Assembly: GCA_038087875.1 (NCBI GenBank)
Contig: CM075987.1
Location: 17,734,001-17,798,000, forward strand
Direction of reading: 5' to 3'
DNA from: Malacoraja senta
Taxonomy: Eukaryota
Length of the DNA: 64,000 nucleotides
Below the pieces are notes generated by a model. The model was not told the origin of the DNA, made no database searches, and worked only from the letters and a program-made list of their open reading frames with translations. Both the position numbers and the translations under genes were made by a program. Positions 19,932 to 31,851 of the stretch are shown piece by piece. Within the stretch, counting starts at the first letter, position 1; each line of letters starts with the position of its first letter.

Positions 19932-22900
19932 TACTTCAACCCAAAACCCCCCAAACAACCATTTGCATTGCCATTTTACTTCAACCCAAATCCTCCCAAA
20001 CAACCATTTGCAGTCCCTTTTTACTTCAACCCAAAACCCCCCAAACAACCATTTGCCGTGCCTTTTATCTTCAACCCAAACCCTCCCAAACAACCATTTG
20101 CAGTGCCTTTTTACTTCAACCCAAAACCCCCAAACAACCATTTGCAGTGCCTTTTTACTTCAACCCAAAACCGCCCAACCAACCAATTGCAGTGCTTTTT
20201 ACTTCAACCAAAACCCTCCAAACAACCATTTGCCGTGCCTTTTTACTTCAACCCAAACCCCCCCCAAACAACCAATTGCAGTGCCTTTTTACTTCAACCC
20301 CCAAAAAAACTCACAGCCATTTGCAGTGCATTTTAACTTCAACCCAAAACCCCTCAAACAACCATTTGCAGTGCCTTTTTACTTCAACCCAAAAACCGCC
20401 AAACAACAATTTGCAGTGCCTATTTACTTCAAACCAAAACCCCCCAAAAAGCCAGTTGCATTGCCTTTTTACTTCAACCCAAAACCCGCCAAACAAACAT
20501 TTGCAGTGCCTCTTTACATCAACTCAAAACCCCCCCAAACAACCATTTACAGTGCCTTTTTACCTCAACCCAAACCCCCCAAACAACCATTTGCAGTGCC
20601 TTTTAACTTCAACCCAAAAACACTCAAACAACCATTTGCAGTGCCTTTTTACTTCAACGCCAAACCCCCCAAACAACCATTTGCAGTGCCTTTTTACTTC
20701 AACCCAAAACCCCCCAAACAACCATTTGCATTGCCTTTTTACTTCAACCCAAAAAACCCCAAACAACCATTTGCAGTGCCTTTTTTTACTTCAACCCAAA
20801 TCCCCCCAAACAACCATTTGCAGTGCCATTTTACTTCAACGCAAAACGCCCCAAACAACCATTTGCAGTTCCTTTTTACTTCAACCCAAACCCCCCAAAC
20901 AACCATTTGCAGCGCCTTTTTGCTTCAAACCAAAACCTACCAAACAACCATTTGAAGTGCCTTTTTACTTCAACCCAAAACCCCCCAAACAACCATTTGC
21001 AGTGCCTTTTTACTTCAACCCAAAACGTCCCAAACAACCAATTGCAGTGCCTTTTTACTTCAACCCAAATCTCCCCAAACAACCATTTGCAGTGCTTTTT
21101 TACTTCAAACCAAAAGCCCCCATTCAACCATTTGCAGTGCCTAATTAGTTCAACCCAAAACCTCCCCAAAAAACCATTTGCAGTGCCTTTATACTTCAAC
21201 CCAATCCCCCCAAACAACCATTTGCAGTGCCTTTTTTACTTCAACCCAAAACCCCCCAAATAAACATTTCCAGTGCCTTTTTAATTCAACCCAAAAAAAA
21301 AACACAACCATTTGCAGTTCCTTTTTACTTCAACCCAAAACCCCCCAAAAAACCCATTTGCAGTGCATTTTTACTTCAAACCAAAACCCCCCAAACAACC
21401 ATTTGCAGTCCCTTTTTACTTCAACCCAAAACCCCCCAAACAACCATTTCCAGTGCATTTTTACTTCAACCCAAAACCACCTAAACAACCGTTTGCATTG
21501 CCTTTTTACTTCGACCCAAAACCCCCCAAACAACCATTTGCAGTGCCTTTTTATTTCAACCCAAAACCCCCAAGCAACCATCTGCAGTGCTTTTCACTTC
21601 AACCCAAAACCCCCAAGCATCCATTTACAGTGCCTTTTTACTTCAACCCCAAACAACCATTTGCAGTGCCTTTTTACGTCAACCCAAAACCCCCCAAACA
21701 ACAATTTGCAGTGCCTTTTTACTTCAACTCAAAACCCACCAAACAGCCATTTGCAGTGCCTTTTTTCTTCGACCCAAAACCCCCCAAACAACCATTTGCA
21801 GTGCCTTTTTTAATTCAACCCAAATCCCCCCAAACAACCATTTGCAGTGCCTTTTTACTTCAACTCAAAACCCCCAAAACAACAATTTGCAGTGACTTTT
21901 TACTTCAAACCAAAACCCCCCAAACAACCATTTGCAGTGCCATTTTACTTCAACCCAAAAACCCCCAAACAACCATTTGCAGTGCCTTTTTACTTCAACC
22001 CAAAACACCCAAAACAACCATTTGCAGTGCCTTTTTACTTCAACCCAAAACCCCCCAAATCAACAATTTGCAGTGACTTTTTACTTCAACCCAAAAACCC
22101 CCAAACAACCATTTGCAGTCCCTTTTTACTTCTACCCCAAAAAAATCAAACAACCATTTGCAGTGCCTTTTTACTTCAACCCAAACCACCCAAACAAACA
22201 TTTGCAGTGCCTCTATACTTCAACCTAAATCCCCAAACAACCATTTGAAGTGCCTTTTTATTTCAACGCAAACCACTCAAACAACCATTTGCAGTGCCTT
22301 TTTACATCAACACAAAACCCTCAAACAACCATTTGCAGTGCCTTTTTACTTCAACTTAAAAAAAACCAAACAACCATTTGCAGTGCCTTTTACTTCAACC
22401 CAAAATCCCCAAGCAACCATCCGCAGTGCATTTTCACTTCAACCCAAAACCCCCAAGCATCCATCTGCAGTGCATTTTCACTTCAACCCAAAACCTACAA
22501 GCATCCATCTGCAGTGCCTTTCACTTCAACCCAAAACACCCCAAACAACCATTTGCAGTGCCTTTTTACTTCAACCCAAAACCCCCCCAATCAACCATTT
22601 TCAGTGCCTTTTTACTTCAACCCAAAAAAAACCAAACAACCATTTTCAGTGCCTTTTTACTTCAACGTGAAACTCCCCCAAACAACCAGTTGCAGTGCTT
22701 TTTACTTCAACCCAAAACCCCCCCAAACAACCATTTGCAGTGCCTTTTTTAATTCAACCCAAATCCCCCCAAACAACCATTTGCAGTGCCTTTTTACTTC
22801 TACCCAAAACCCCCAAAACAACAATTTGCAGTGACTTTTTACTTAAACCCAAAACCCCCCAAACAACCATTTGCAGTGCCTTTTTATTTCAACCCAAACC

Positions 22901-25900
22901 CCCCCAAACAACCATTTGCAGTGCCTTTTTACTTCAACCCAAAACCGCCCAACCAACCATTTGCAGTGCTTTTTACTTCAACCCAAAACCCCCCCAAACA
23001 ACCATTTGCAGTGCCTTTTTACTTCAACCCAAAACCCCCCAAACAGCCATTTGCAGTGCCTTTTTACTTCAACGCAATACCCCCCAAACAACCATTTGCA
23101 GTGCCTTTTTACTTCAACCCAAACAACCATTTGCAGTGCCTTTTTACTTCAACCCCAAAACCCCCAAACAACCATTTGCAGTGCCTTTTTACTTCAACCA
23201 CCCCAAAAAAAACAATTATTTGCAGTGCCTTTTTACTTCAACCCAAAAAAAAACCTAAAACCATTTGCAGTGCCTTTTTACTTCAACCCAAAACCCCCAA
23301 AACAACAATTTGCAGTGACTTTTTACTTCAACCCAAACCCCCCCAAACAACCATTTGCAGTGCCTTTTTATTTCAACCCAAAGCATTCAAACAACCATTT
23401 GCAGTGCCTTTTACTTCAACCCAAAAACCCCAAGCAACCATCTGCAGTGCATTTTCACTTCAACCCAAAACCCCAAGCATCCATCTGCAGTGCCTTTTCA
23501 CTTCAACCCAAAACACCCCAAACAACCATTTGCAGTGCCTTTTTACTTCAACCCCAAAACCCCCAAACAACCATTTGCAGTGCCTTTTTTAATTCAACCT
23601 AAATCCCCCCAAACAACCATTTGCAGTGCCTTTTTACTTCAAACCAAAACCCCCAAAACAACCATTTGCAGTGACTTTTATTTCAACCCAAAAACCCCCA
23701 AACAAGCATTTGCAGTGCATTTTTACTTCAACCCAAACAACCATTTGCAGTGCCTTTTTACTTCAATCCAAAAAAACCCAAACAACCATTTACAGTGCCT
23801 TTTTACTTCAACCCCCCCAAAAACCAAACAATCATTTGCAGTGCCTTTTTACTTCAACCCAAAAAAACCCTAAAACCATTTGCAGTGCCTTTTTACTTCA
23901 ACCCAAAACCCCCCAAACAACCATTTGCAGTTCCTTTTTACTTCAACCCCAAAACCCCCAAACACCCATTTGCAGTGCCTTTTTACTTCAACCCAAAACC
24001 GCCCAAACAACCATTTGCAGTGCCTTTTTACTTCAACCCAAAACCCTCCAAACAACAATTTGCAGTGCCTTTTTAGTTCAACCCAAACCTCCGCAAAAAA
24101 ACATTTCCTGTGCATTTTTACTTCAACCCTAAACCCCCCCAAACAACCATTTGCAGTGCCTTTTTACTTCAACCCAAACCTCCCCAAAAAAACATTTCCA
24201 GTGCATTTTTACTTCAACCCTAAACCCCCCAAACAACCATTTGCAGTGCCTTTTACTTCAACCCAAAACCTCCAAGCAACCATTTGCAGTGCCTTTTTAT
24301 TTCAACCCAAAACCCCCCAAACAACCATTTGCAGTGCCTTTTTACTTCAACCCAAACAACCATTTGCAGTGCCTTTTTACTTCAACCCAAAAAACCCCAA
24401 ACAACCATTTACAGTGCCGTTTTACTTCAAACCCCAAAAAACCAAACAATCATTTGCAGTGCCTTTTTACTTCAACCCAAAAAAAACCTAAAACCATTTG
24501 CAGTGCCTTTTTACTTCAACCCAAAATATCCCAAACAACCATTTGCAGTGCCTTTTTACTTCAACCCAAAACCCCCAAAACAACAATTTGCAGTGACTTT
24601 TTACTTCAATCCAAAAACCCTCAAACAACCATTTGCAGTGCCTTTTTACTTCAACCCCAAAAAAACCAAACACACATTTGCAGTGTCTTTATACTTCAAC
24701 CTAAACCCCCCAAACAACCATTTGAAGTGCCTTTTTATTTCAACCCAAACCACTCAAATAACCATTTGCAATGCCTTTTTTACTTCAACCCAAAACCCTC
24801 AAACAACCATTTGCAGTGCCTTTTACTTCAACCCAAAAACCCCGAGCAACCATCTGCAGTGCATTTTCACTTCAACCCAAAACCCCCAAACAACCATTTG
24901 CAGTGCCTTTTTACTTCAACCCAAAAAAAACCAAACAACCATTTGCAGTGCCTTTTTACTTCAACCCAAACCCCCCAAATAACAATTTGCAGTGCCTTTT
25001 TACTTCAACTTAAAAACCTCCAAACAACCATTTGCTGTGCCTTTTACTTCAACCCAAAACCTCCAAGCAACCATTTGCAGTGCCTTTTTACTTCAACCCA
25101 AAACCCCCCCAACAACCATTTGCAGTGCCTTTTTACTTCAACCCAAAACCCCCCAAACAGCCATTTGCAGTGCCTTTTTACTTCAACGCAATACCCCCCA
25201 AACAACCATTTGCAGTGTTTTTTGACTTCAACCCCAAATCCCCCCAAACAACCATGTGCAGTGCCTTTTTACTTCAACCCAAACCCCCCCCCAAACAACC
25301 ATTTTCAGTGCCTTTTTACTTCAACCCCCACAAAACCAAAACCATTTGCAGTGCCTTTTTACTTCAACCCCAAAGCCCCCCAAACAACCAGTTGGAGTGC
25401 TTTTTACTTCAACCCAAAACTCCCCCAAACAACCATTTGCAGTGCCTTTTTTAATTCAACCTAAATCCCCCCAAACAACCATTTGCAGTGCCTTTTGACT
25501 TCAAACCAAAACCCCCAAAACAACCATTTGCAGTGACTTTTATTTCAACCCAAAAAACCCCAAACAAGCATTTGCAGTGCATTTTTACTTCAACCCAAAC
25601 AACCATTTGCAGTGCCTTTTTACTTCAATCCAAAAAAAACCAAACAACCATTTACAGTGCCTTTTTCCTTCAACCCCCCAAAAAACCAAACAATCATTTG
25701 CAGTGCCTTTTTACTTCAACCCAAAAAAACTCTAAAACCATTTGCAGTGCCTTTTTACTTCAACCCAAAACCCCCCAAACAACCATTTGCAGTTCCTTTT
25801 TACTTCAACCCCAAAACCCCCAAACACCCATTTGCAGTGCCTTTTTACTTCAACCCAAAACCGCCCAAACAACCATTTGCAGTGCCTTTTTACTTAAACC

Positions 25901-27697
25901 CAAAACCCCCCAAACAACAATTTGCAGTGCCTTTTTAGTTCAACCCAAACCTCCGCAAAAAAACATTTCCTGTGCATTTTTACTTCAACCCTAAACCCCC
26001 CAAGCAACCATTTGCAGTGCATTTTTACTTCAACCCAAACCTCCCCAAAAAAACATTTCCAGTGCATTTGTACTTCAACCCTAAACCCCCCAAACAACCA
26101 TTTGCAGTGCCTTTTACTTCAACCCAAAACCTCCAAGCAACCATTTGCAGTGCCTTTTTATTCCAACCCAAAACCCCCCAAACAACCATTTGCAGTGCCT
26201 TTTTACTTCAACCCAAACAACCATTTGCAGTGCCTTTTTACTTCAACCCAAAAAACCCCAAACAACCATTTACAGTGCCTTTTTACTTCAACCCCCCCAA
26301 AAACCAAACAATCATTTGCAGTGCCTTTTTACTTCAACCCAAAAAAAACCTAAAACCATTTGCAGTGCCTTTTTACTTCAACCCAAAACATCCAAAACAA
26401 CCATTTGCAGTGCCTTTTTACTTCAACCCAAAACCCCCAAAACAACAATTTGCAGTGACTTTTTACTTCAATCCAAAAAACCCCAAACAACCATTTGCAG
26501 TGCCATTTTACTTCAACCCAAAAACAAACAAACACACATTTGCAGTGCCTTTATACTTCAACCTAAACCCCCCAAACAACCATTTGAAGTGCCTTTTTAT
26601 TTCAACCCAAACCACTCAAATAACCATTTGCAATGCCTTTTTACTTCAACCCAAAACCCTCAAACAACCATTTGCAGTGCCTTTTACTTCAACCCAAAAA
26701 CCCCGAGCAACCATCTGCAGTGCATTTTCACTTCAACCCAAAACCCCCAAACAACCATTTGCAGTGCCTTTTTACTTCAACCCAAAAAAACCCAAACAAC
26801 CATTTGCAGTGTCTTTTTACTTCAACCCAAAACCCCCCAAACAGCCATTTGCAGTGCCTTTTTACTTCAACGCAATACCCCCCAAACAACCATTTGCAGT
26901 GCCTTTTTACTTCAACCCCAAATCCCCCCAAACAACCATTTGCAGTGCCTTTTTACTTCAACCCAAACCCCCCCCCCAAACCACCATTTTCAGTGCCTTT
27001 TTACTTCAACCCCAAAAAAACCAAAATCATTTGCAGTGCCTTTTTACTTCAACCCCAAACCCCCCCAATCAACCAGTTGCAGTGCTTTTTACTTCAACCC
27101 AAAACTCCCCCAAACAACCATTTGCAGTGCCTTTTTTAATTCAACCTAAATCCCCCCAAACAACCATTTGCAGTGCCTTTTTACTTCAAACCAAAACCCC
27201 CAAAACAACCATTTGCAGTGACTTTTATTTCAACCCAAAAACCCCCAAACAACCATTTGCAGTGCCTTTTTATTTCAACCCAAACCCCCCAAACAACCAT
27301 TTGCAGTGCCTTTTTACTTCAACCCAAACAACCATTTGCAGTGCCTTTTTACTTCAACCCAAAAAAAACCAAACAACCATTTACAGTGCCTTTTTACTTC
27401 AACCCCCAAAAAAACCAAACAATCATTTGCAGTGCCTTTTTACTTCAACCCAAAAAAAACCTAAAGCCATTTGCAGTGCCTTTTTACTTCAACCCAAAAC
27501 CCCCCAAACAACCATTTGCAGTTCCTTTTTACTTCAACCCCAAAACCCCCAAACAACCATTTGCAGTGCCTTTTTACTTCAACCCAAAAAAAACCAAACA
27601 AACATTTGCAGTGCCTTTATACTTCAACCTAAACCCCCCAAACAACCATTTGAAGTGCCTTTTTATTTCAACCCAAACCACTCGAACAACCATTTGC
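19932..27697 (+). repeat. 45-bp satellite, block 2
   Basis: Same monomer, with 35-bp deletion variants. Confidence 0.97.
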
Positions 27698-30600
27698 CGC
27701 TGATTGGTGGAAGAGGACCAAGAGAAAGCAGCTGATTGGTGGAAGAGGACAAAGAGAAAGCAGCTGATTGGGAGTCAGATCCCTGCTGATTTCCTCCACC
27801 AGTTTTGTATTGTATCCAGGGTAAGGGGGGAGAATGAGGGCCAGGGCAGTTTACTGTTCTGGATGTCAGATGTGGGAGGTCATGGAGTCTGATACCCTCT
27901 AGACGTTCACATCTGTGTCAGGTGCGTAGAGATGGGGTTCCTAAGGGACCGTGTTAGTAACCTGGAGCAGCAGCTCGATGACCTCTGTCTGATCAGGGAG
28001 ACTGAGGAGGTCATAGAAAAGAGTTATAAGGAGGTGGCCACTCCAAGACCACAGGAGGCAGACAAGTGGGTCACGGTTAGGAAGGGCAAGGGGCAGAGGC
28101 AGGGATTAGTGAGGCAGGGACTAGGGTGTACAGCCACCCCGGTGGCTGTACACCTTGAAAATAAGTACTCCTGTTTGAGTACTGTTGAGGGGGACAGCCT
28201 TCCTGCGGGTAGCAACAGCGGCCAGGCCTCCGGCACAGAGACCAGCCCTATTGCTCAGAAGGGTAGGGAAAAGAAGAGGAGGGCAATAGTAATAGGGGAC
28301 TCTATGGTTAGGGGGTCGGATAGGCGATTCTGTGGACGCAGTCAGGAGACCCGGATGGTAGTTTGCCTCCCTGGTGCCAGGGTCAGGGATGTGTCTGAAC
28401 GCGTCCAAGATCCTGAAATCGGAGGGAGAGGAGCCTGAGGTCGTGGTACATATAGGTACCAATGACATAGGTAGAAAAAGTGAAGAGGTCTTGAAAGGAG
28501 AATTTAGGGAGTTGGGAGGAGAGTTAAGGAGAAGGACTACAAAGGTAACAATCTCAGGATTACTACCTGTGCCACGCGACGGTGAGAGTAGGAATGGAGT
28601 GAGGTGGAGGATAAATGCGTGGCTGAGGAACTGGTGCAGCGGGCAGGGATTCAAATTTCTGGATCATTGGGACCTCTTTTGGGGAAGGTGTGACCTGTAC
28701 AGAAAGGACGGGTTGCACTTGAACCCGAGGGGGACCAATATCCTGGCGGGGAGATTTGCAAAGGCTACTGGGGAGACTTTAAACTAGAACGGTTGGGGGG
28801 AGGGACTCAAATAGAGAAAGCTAGTGGAAAATGTGGGAGGCAGGAGGCAGAGAAGGGAAGCACTCGGACCCAAAATGTAGGGGAGAAAGAAGAAAAAGAT
28901 AATAAACAGAGAATAAGTGGTGGTGGGTTTCTTAAATGTGTATATTTTAATGCTAGGAGCATTGTAAGAAAGGTGGATGAGCTTAGAGCCTGGATTGACA
29001 CCTGGAAGTATGATGTTGTGGCGATCAGTGAAACATGGTTGCAGGAGGGCTGTGATTGGCAAATAAATATTCCTGGATTTCGTTGCTTCAGGGGTGATAG
29101 ATTTGGAGGGGCAAGAGGTGGGGGTGTTGCATTGCTTGTCAAGGAAGATATTACAGCAGTGCTTTGGCAGGATAGATTAGAGGGCTCGTCTAGGGAGGCT
29201 ATTTGGGTGGAACTGAGAAATGGGAAAGGTGTAGCAACACTTATAGGGCTGTATTATAGACCGCCAAATGGGGAGCGAGAATTGGAAGAGCAAATATGTA
29301 AGGAGATAGCAGATATTACTAGTAAGCACAAGGTAGTGATTGTGGGAGATTTCAATTTTCCACACATAGACTGGGAAACACATTCTGTAAAAGGGCTGGA
29401 TGGTTTGGAGTTTGTAAAATGTGTGCAAGATAGTTTTTTGCAGCAATACATAGAGGTACCTACTAGAGAAGGGGCAGTGCTGGACCTCCTGTTAGGAAAT
29501 GAGACAGGGCAGGTGGCGGAGGTATGCGTCGGGGAGCACTTCGGGTCCAGTGATCACAATACCATTAGTTTCAATATAATTATGGAGAGGGTCAGAACTG
29601 GACCTAGGGTTGAGATTTTTGTTTGGAGAAAGGCTAACTTTGAGGAGATGCGAAAGGATTTAAAAGGAGTGAATTGGGACATGTTGTTTTATGGGAAGGA
29701 TGTAGAAGAAAAATGGACGACATTTAAGGGTGAAATTTTAAGAGTACAGAATCTTTATGTCCCTGTTCGGTTGAAAGGAAATAGTAAAAAATGGAAAGAG
29801 CCATGGTTTTCAAGGGAAATTGGACACGGTTCGGAAAAAGAGAGAGATCTACAATAATTATAGGCAGCATGGAGTAAATGAGGTGCTTGAAGAGTATAAA
29901 GAATGTAAAAAGAATATTAAGAAAGAAATTAGAAAAGCTAAAAGAAGATATGAGGTTGCTTTGGCAAGTAAGGTGAAAGTAAATCCAAAGGGTTTCTACA
30001 GCTATATTAATAGCAAAAGGATAACAAGGAATAAAATTGGTCCATTAGAGATTCAGAGTGGACAGCTATCTGCAGAGCCAAAAGAGATGGGGGAGATATT
30101 GAACAATTTCTTTTCTTCGGTATTCACGAAGGAGAAGGATATGGAATTATGTGAGGTAAGGGAAAGAAGCAGAGTAGCAATGGAAACTGTGAGATTCAAA
30201 GAAGAGGAGGTGCGGACACTTTTGAAAAATATGAAAACGGATAAGTCTCCAGGTCCTGACAGGATATTCCCTAGGACATTGAGGGAAGTTAGTGTAGAAA
30301 TAGCAGGGGCTATGACAGAAATATTTCAAATGTCATTAGAAACGGGAATAGTGCCGTAGGATTGGGGTACTGCGCATGTTGTTCCGTTGTTTAAAAAGGG
30401 TTCGAAGAGTAAACCTAGCAATTATAGACCTGTTAGTTTGACGTCAGTGGTGGAAAATTAATGGAAAGGATACTTAAAGATAATATATATAAGCATCTGG
30501 ATAAGCAGGGTCTGATTAGGAACAGTCAACATGGATTTGTGCCTGGAAGGTCATGCTTGACTAATCTTCTTGAATTTTTCGAAGAGGTTACTAGGGAAAT

Positions 30601-31851
30601 TGATGAGGGTAAAGCAGTGGATGTTGTCTATATGGACTTCAATAAGGCCTTTGACAAGGTTCCTCATGGAAGGTTGGTTAAGAAGATTCAACTGTTGGGT
30701 ATTAATGGTGGAGTAGCAAGATGGATTCAACAGTGGCTGAATGGGAGATGCCAGAGAGTAATGGTGGATGGCTGTTTGTCAGGTTGGAGGCCGGTGACTA
30801 GTGGGGTGCCTCAGGGGTCTGTGTTGGGTCCACTGTTGTTTGTCATGTACATCAATGATCTGGATGATGGTGTGGAAAATTGGATTAGTAAGTATGCAGA
30901 TGATACTAAGATAGGTGGTGTTGTGGATAATGAAGTAGATTTTCAAAGTCTACAGAGAGATTTAGGCCATTTGGAAGAGTGGGCTGAAAGATGGCAGATG
31001 GAGTTTAATGCTGACAAATGTGAGGTGCTACATATCGGCAGGACAAATCAAAATAGGACGTACACGGTAAATGGTAGCGAATTGAGGAATGCAGTTGAAC
31101 AGAGGGATCTAGGAATAACTGTGCATAGTTTCCTGAAGGTGGAATCTCATGTAGATAGGGTGGTAAAGAAAGCTTTTGGTGTGCTGGCCTTTATAAATCA
31201 GAGCATTGAATATAGAAGTTGGGATGTAATGTTAAAATTGTACAAGGCATTGGTGAGGCCAATTCTGGAGTATGGAGTACAATTTTGGTCGCCTAATTAT
31301 AGGAAGGATGTCAACAAAATAGAGAGAGTACAGAGGAGATTTACTAGAATGTTGCCTGGGTTTCAGCAACTAAGTTACAGAGAAAGGTTGAACAAGTTAG
31401 GTCTTTATTCTTTGGAGCGCAGAAGGTTAAGAGGGGACTTGATAGAGGTCTTTAAAACTATGAGCGGGTTAGACAGAGTGGACGTGGATAAGCTTTTCCC
31501 ATTGAGAGTAGGGAAGATTCAAACAAGGGGACATGACTTGAGAATTAAGGGACAGAAGTTTAGGGGGAACATTAGGGGGAACTTCTTTACTCAGAGAGTG
31601 GTAGCTGTGTGGAATGAGCTTCCAGTGGAAGTGGTGGAGGCAGGTTCGATGTTATCCTTTAAAAATAGATTGGATGGGTATATGGACGGGAAAGGAATGG
31701 AGGGTTATGGTCTGAGTGCAGGTAGATGGGACTAGGGGGAAGTATTTATTTTTAATTAAAAAAAAAAAAAATTTTTTAATGTTCGGCACGGACTTGAAGG
31801 GCCGAGATGGCCTGTTTCCGTGCTGTTATGGTTATATGGTTATATGGTTAT
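27698..31851 (+). mobile_element. Near full-length CR1 LINE (5' UTR repeats, ORF1, ORF2; disabled) inserted in the satellite
   Basis: ORF1 27834-28787; ORF2 28793-31735 with FNARS, SETW, YRPP, GDFN, SDH, QHGF, GVPQGS, YADD; frameshift near 29830, stop at 30357; (GTTATATG)n tail. Confidence 0.96.
27834..28787 (+). pseudogene. CR1 ORF1 (zinc finger, coiled coil, SGNH esterase-like domain), two frameshifts
   Basis: MRARAVYCSGCQMW...HICVRC; LRDRVSNLEQQLDDL; IVIGDSMVRG, CLPGARV, VVHIGTND, DGLHLN. Confidence 0.88.

Noticed and set aside
18966..20141. 391-aa RT ORF as an intact or fused gene
   Set aside because: The N-terminal ~78 aa are satellite and junction read-through; the RT is 5'-truncated
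28793..31735. CR1 as an active autonomous element
   Set aside because: Frameshifts in ORF1 and ORF2 and a stop at 30357, shared by both copies and so unlikely to be sequencing errors
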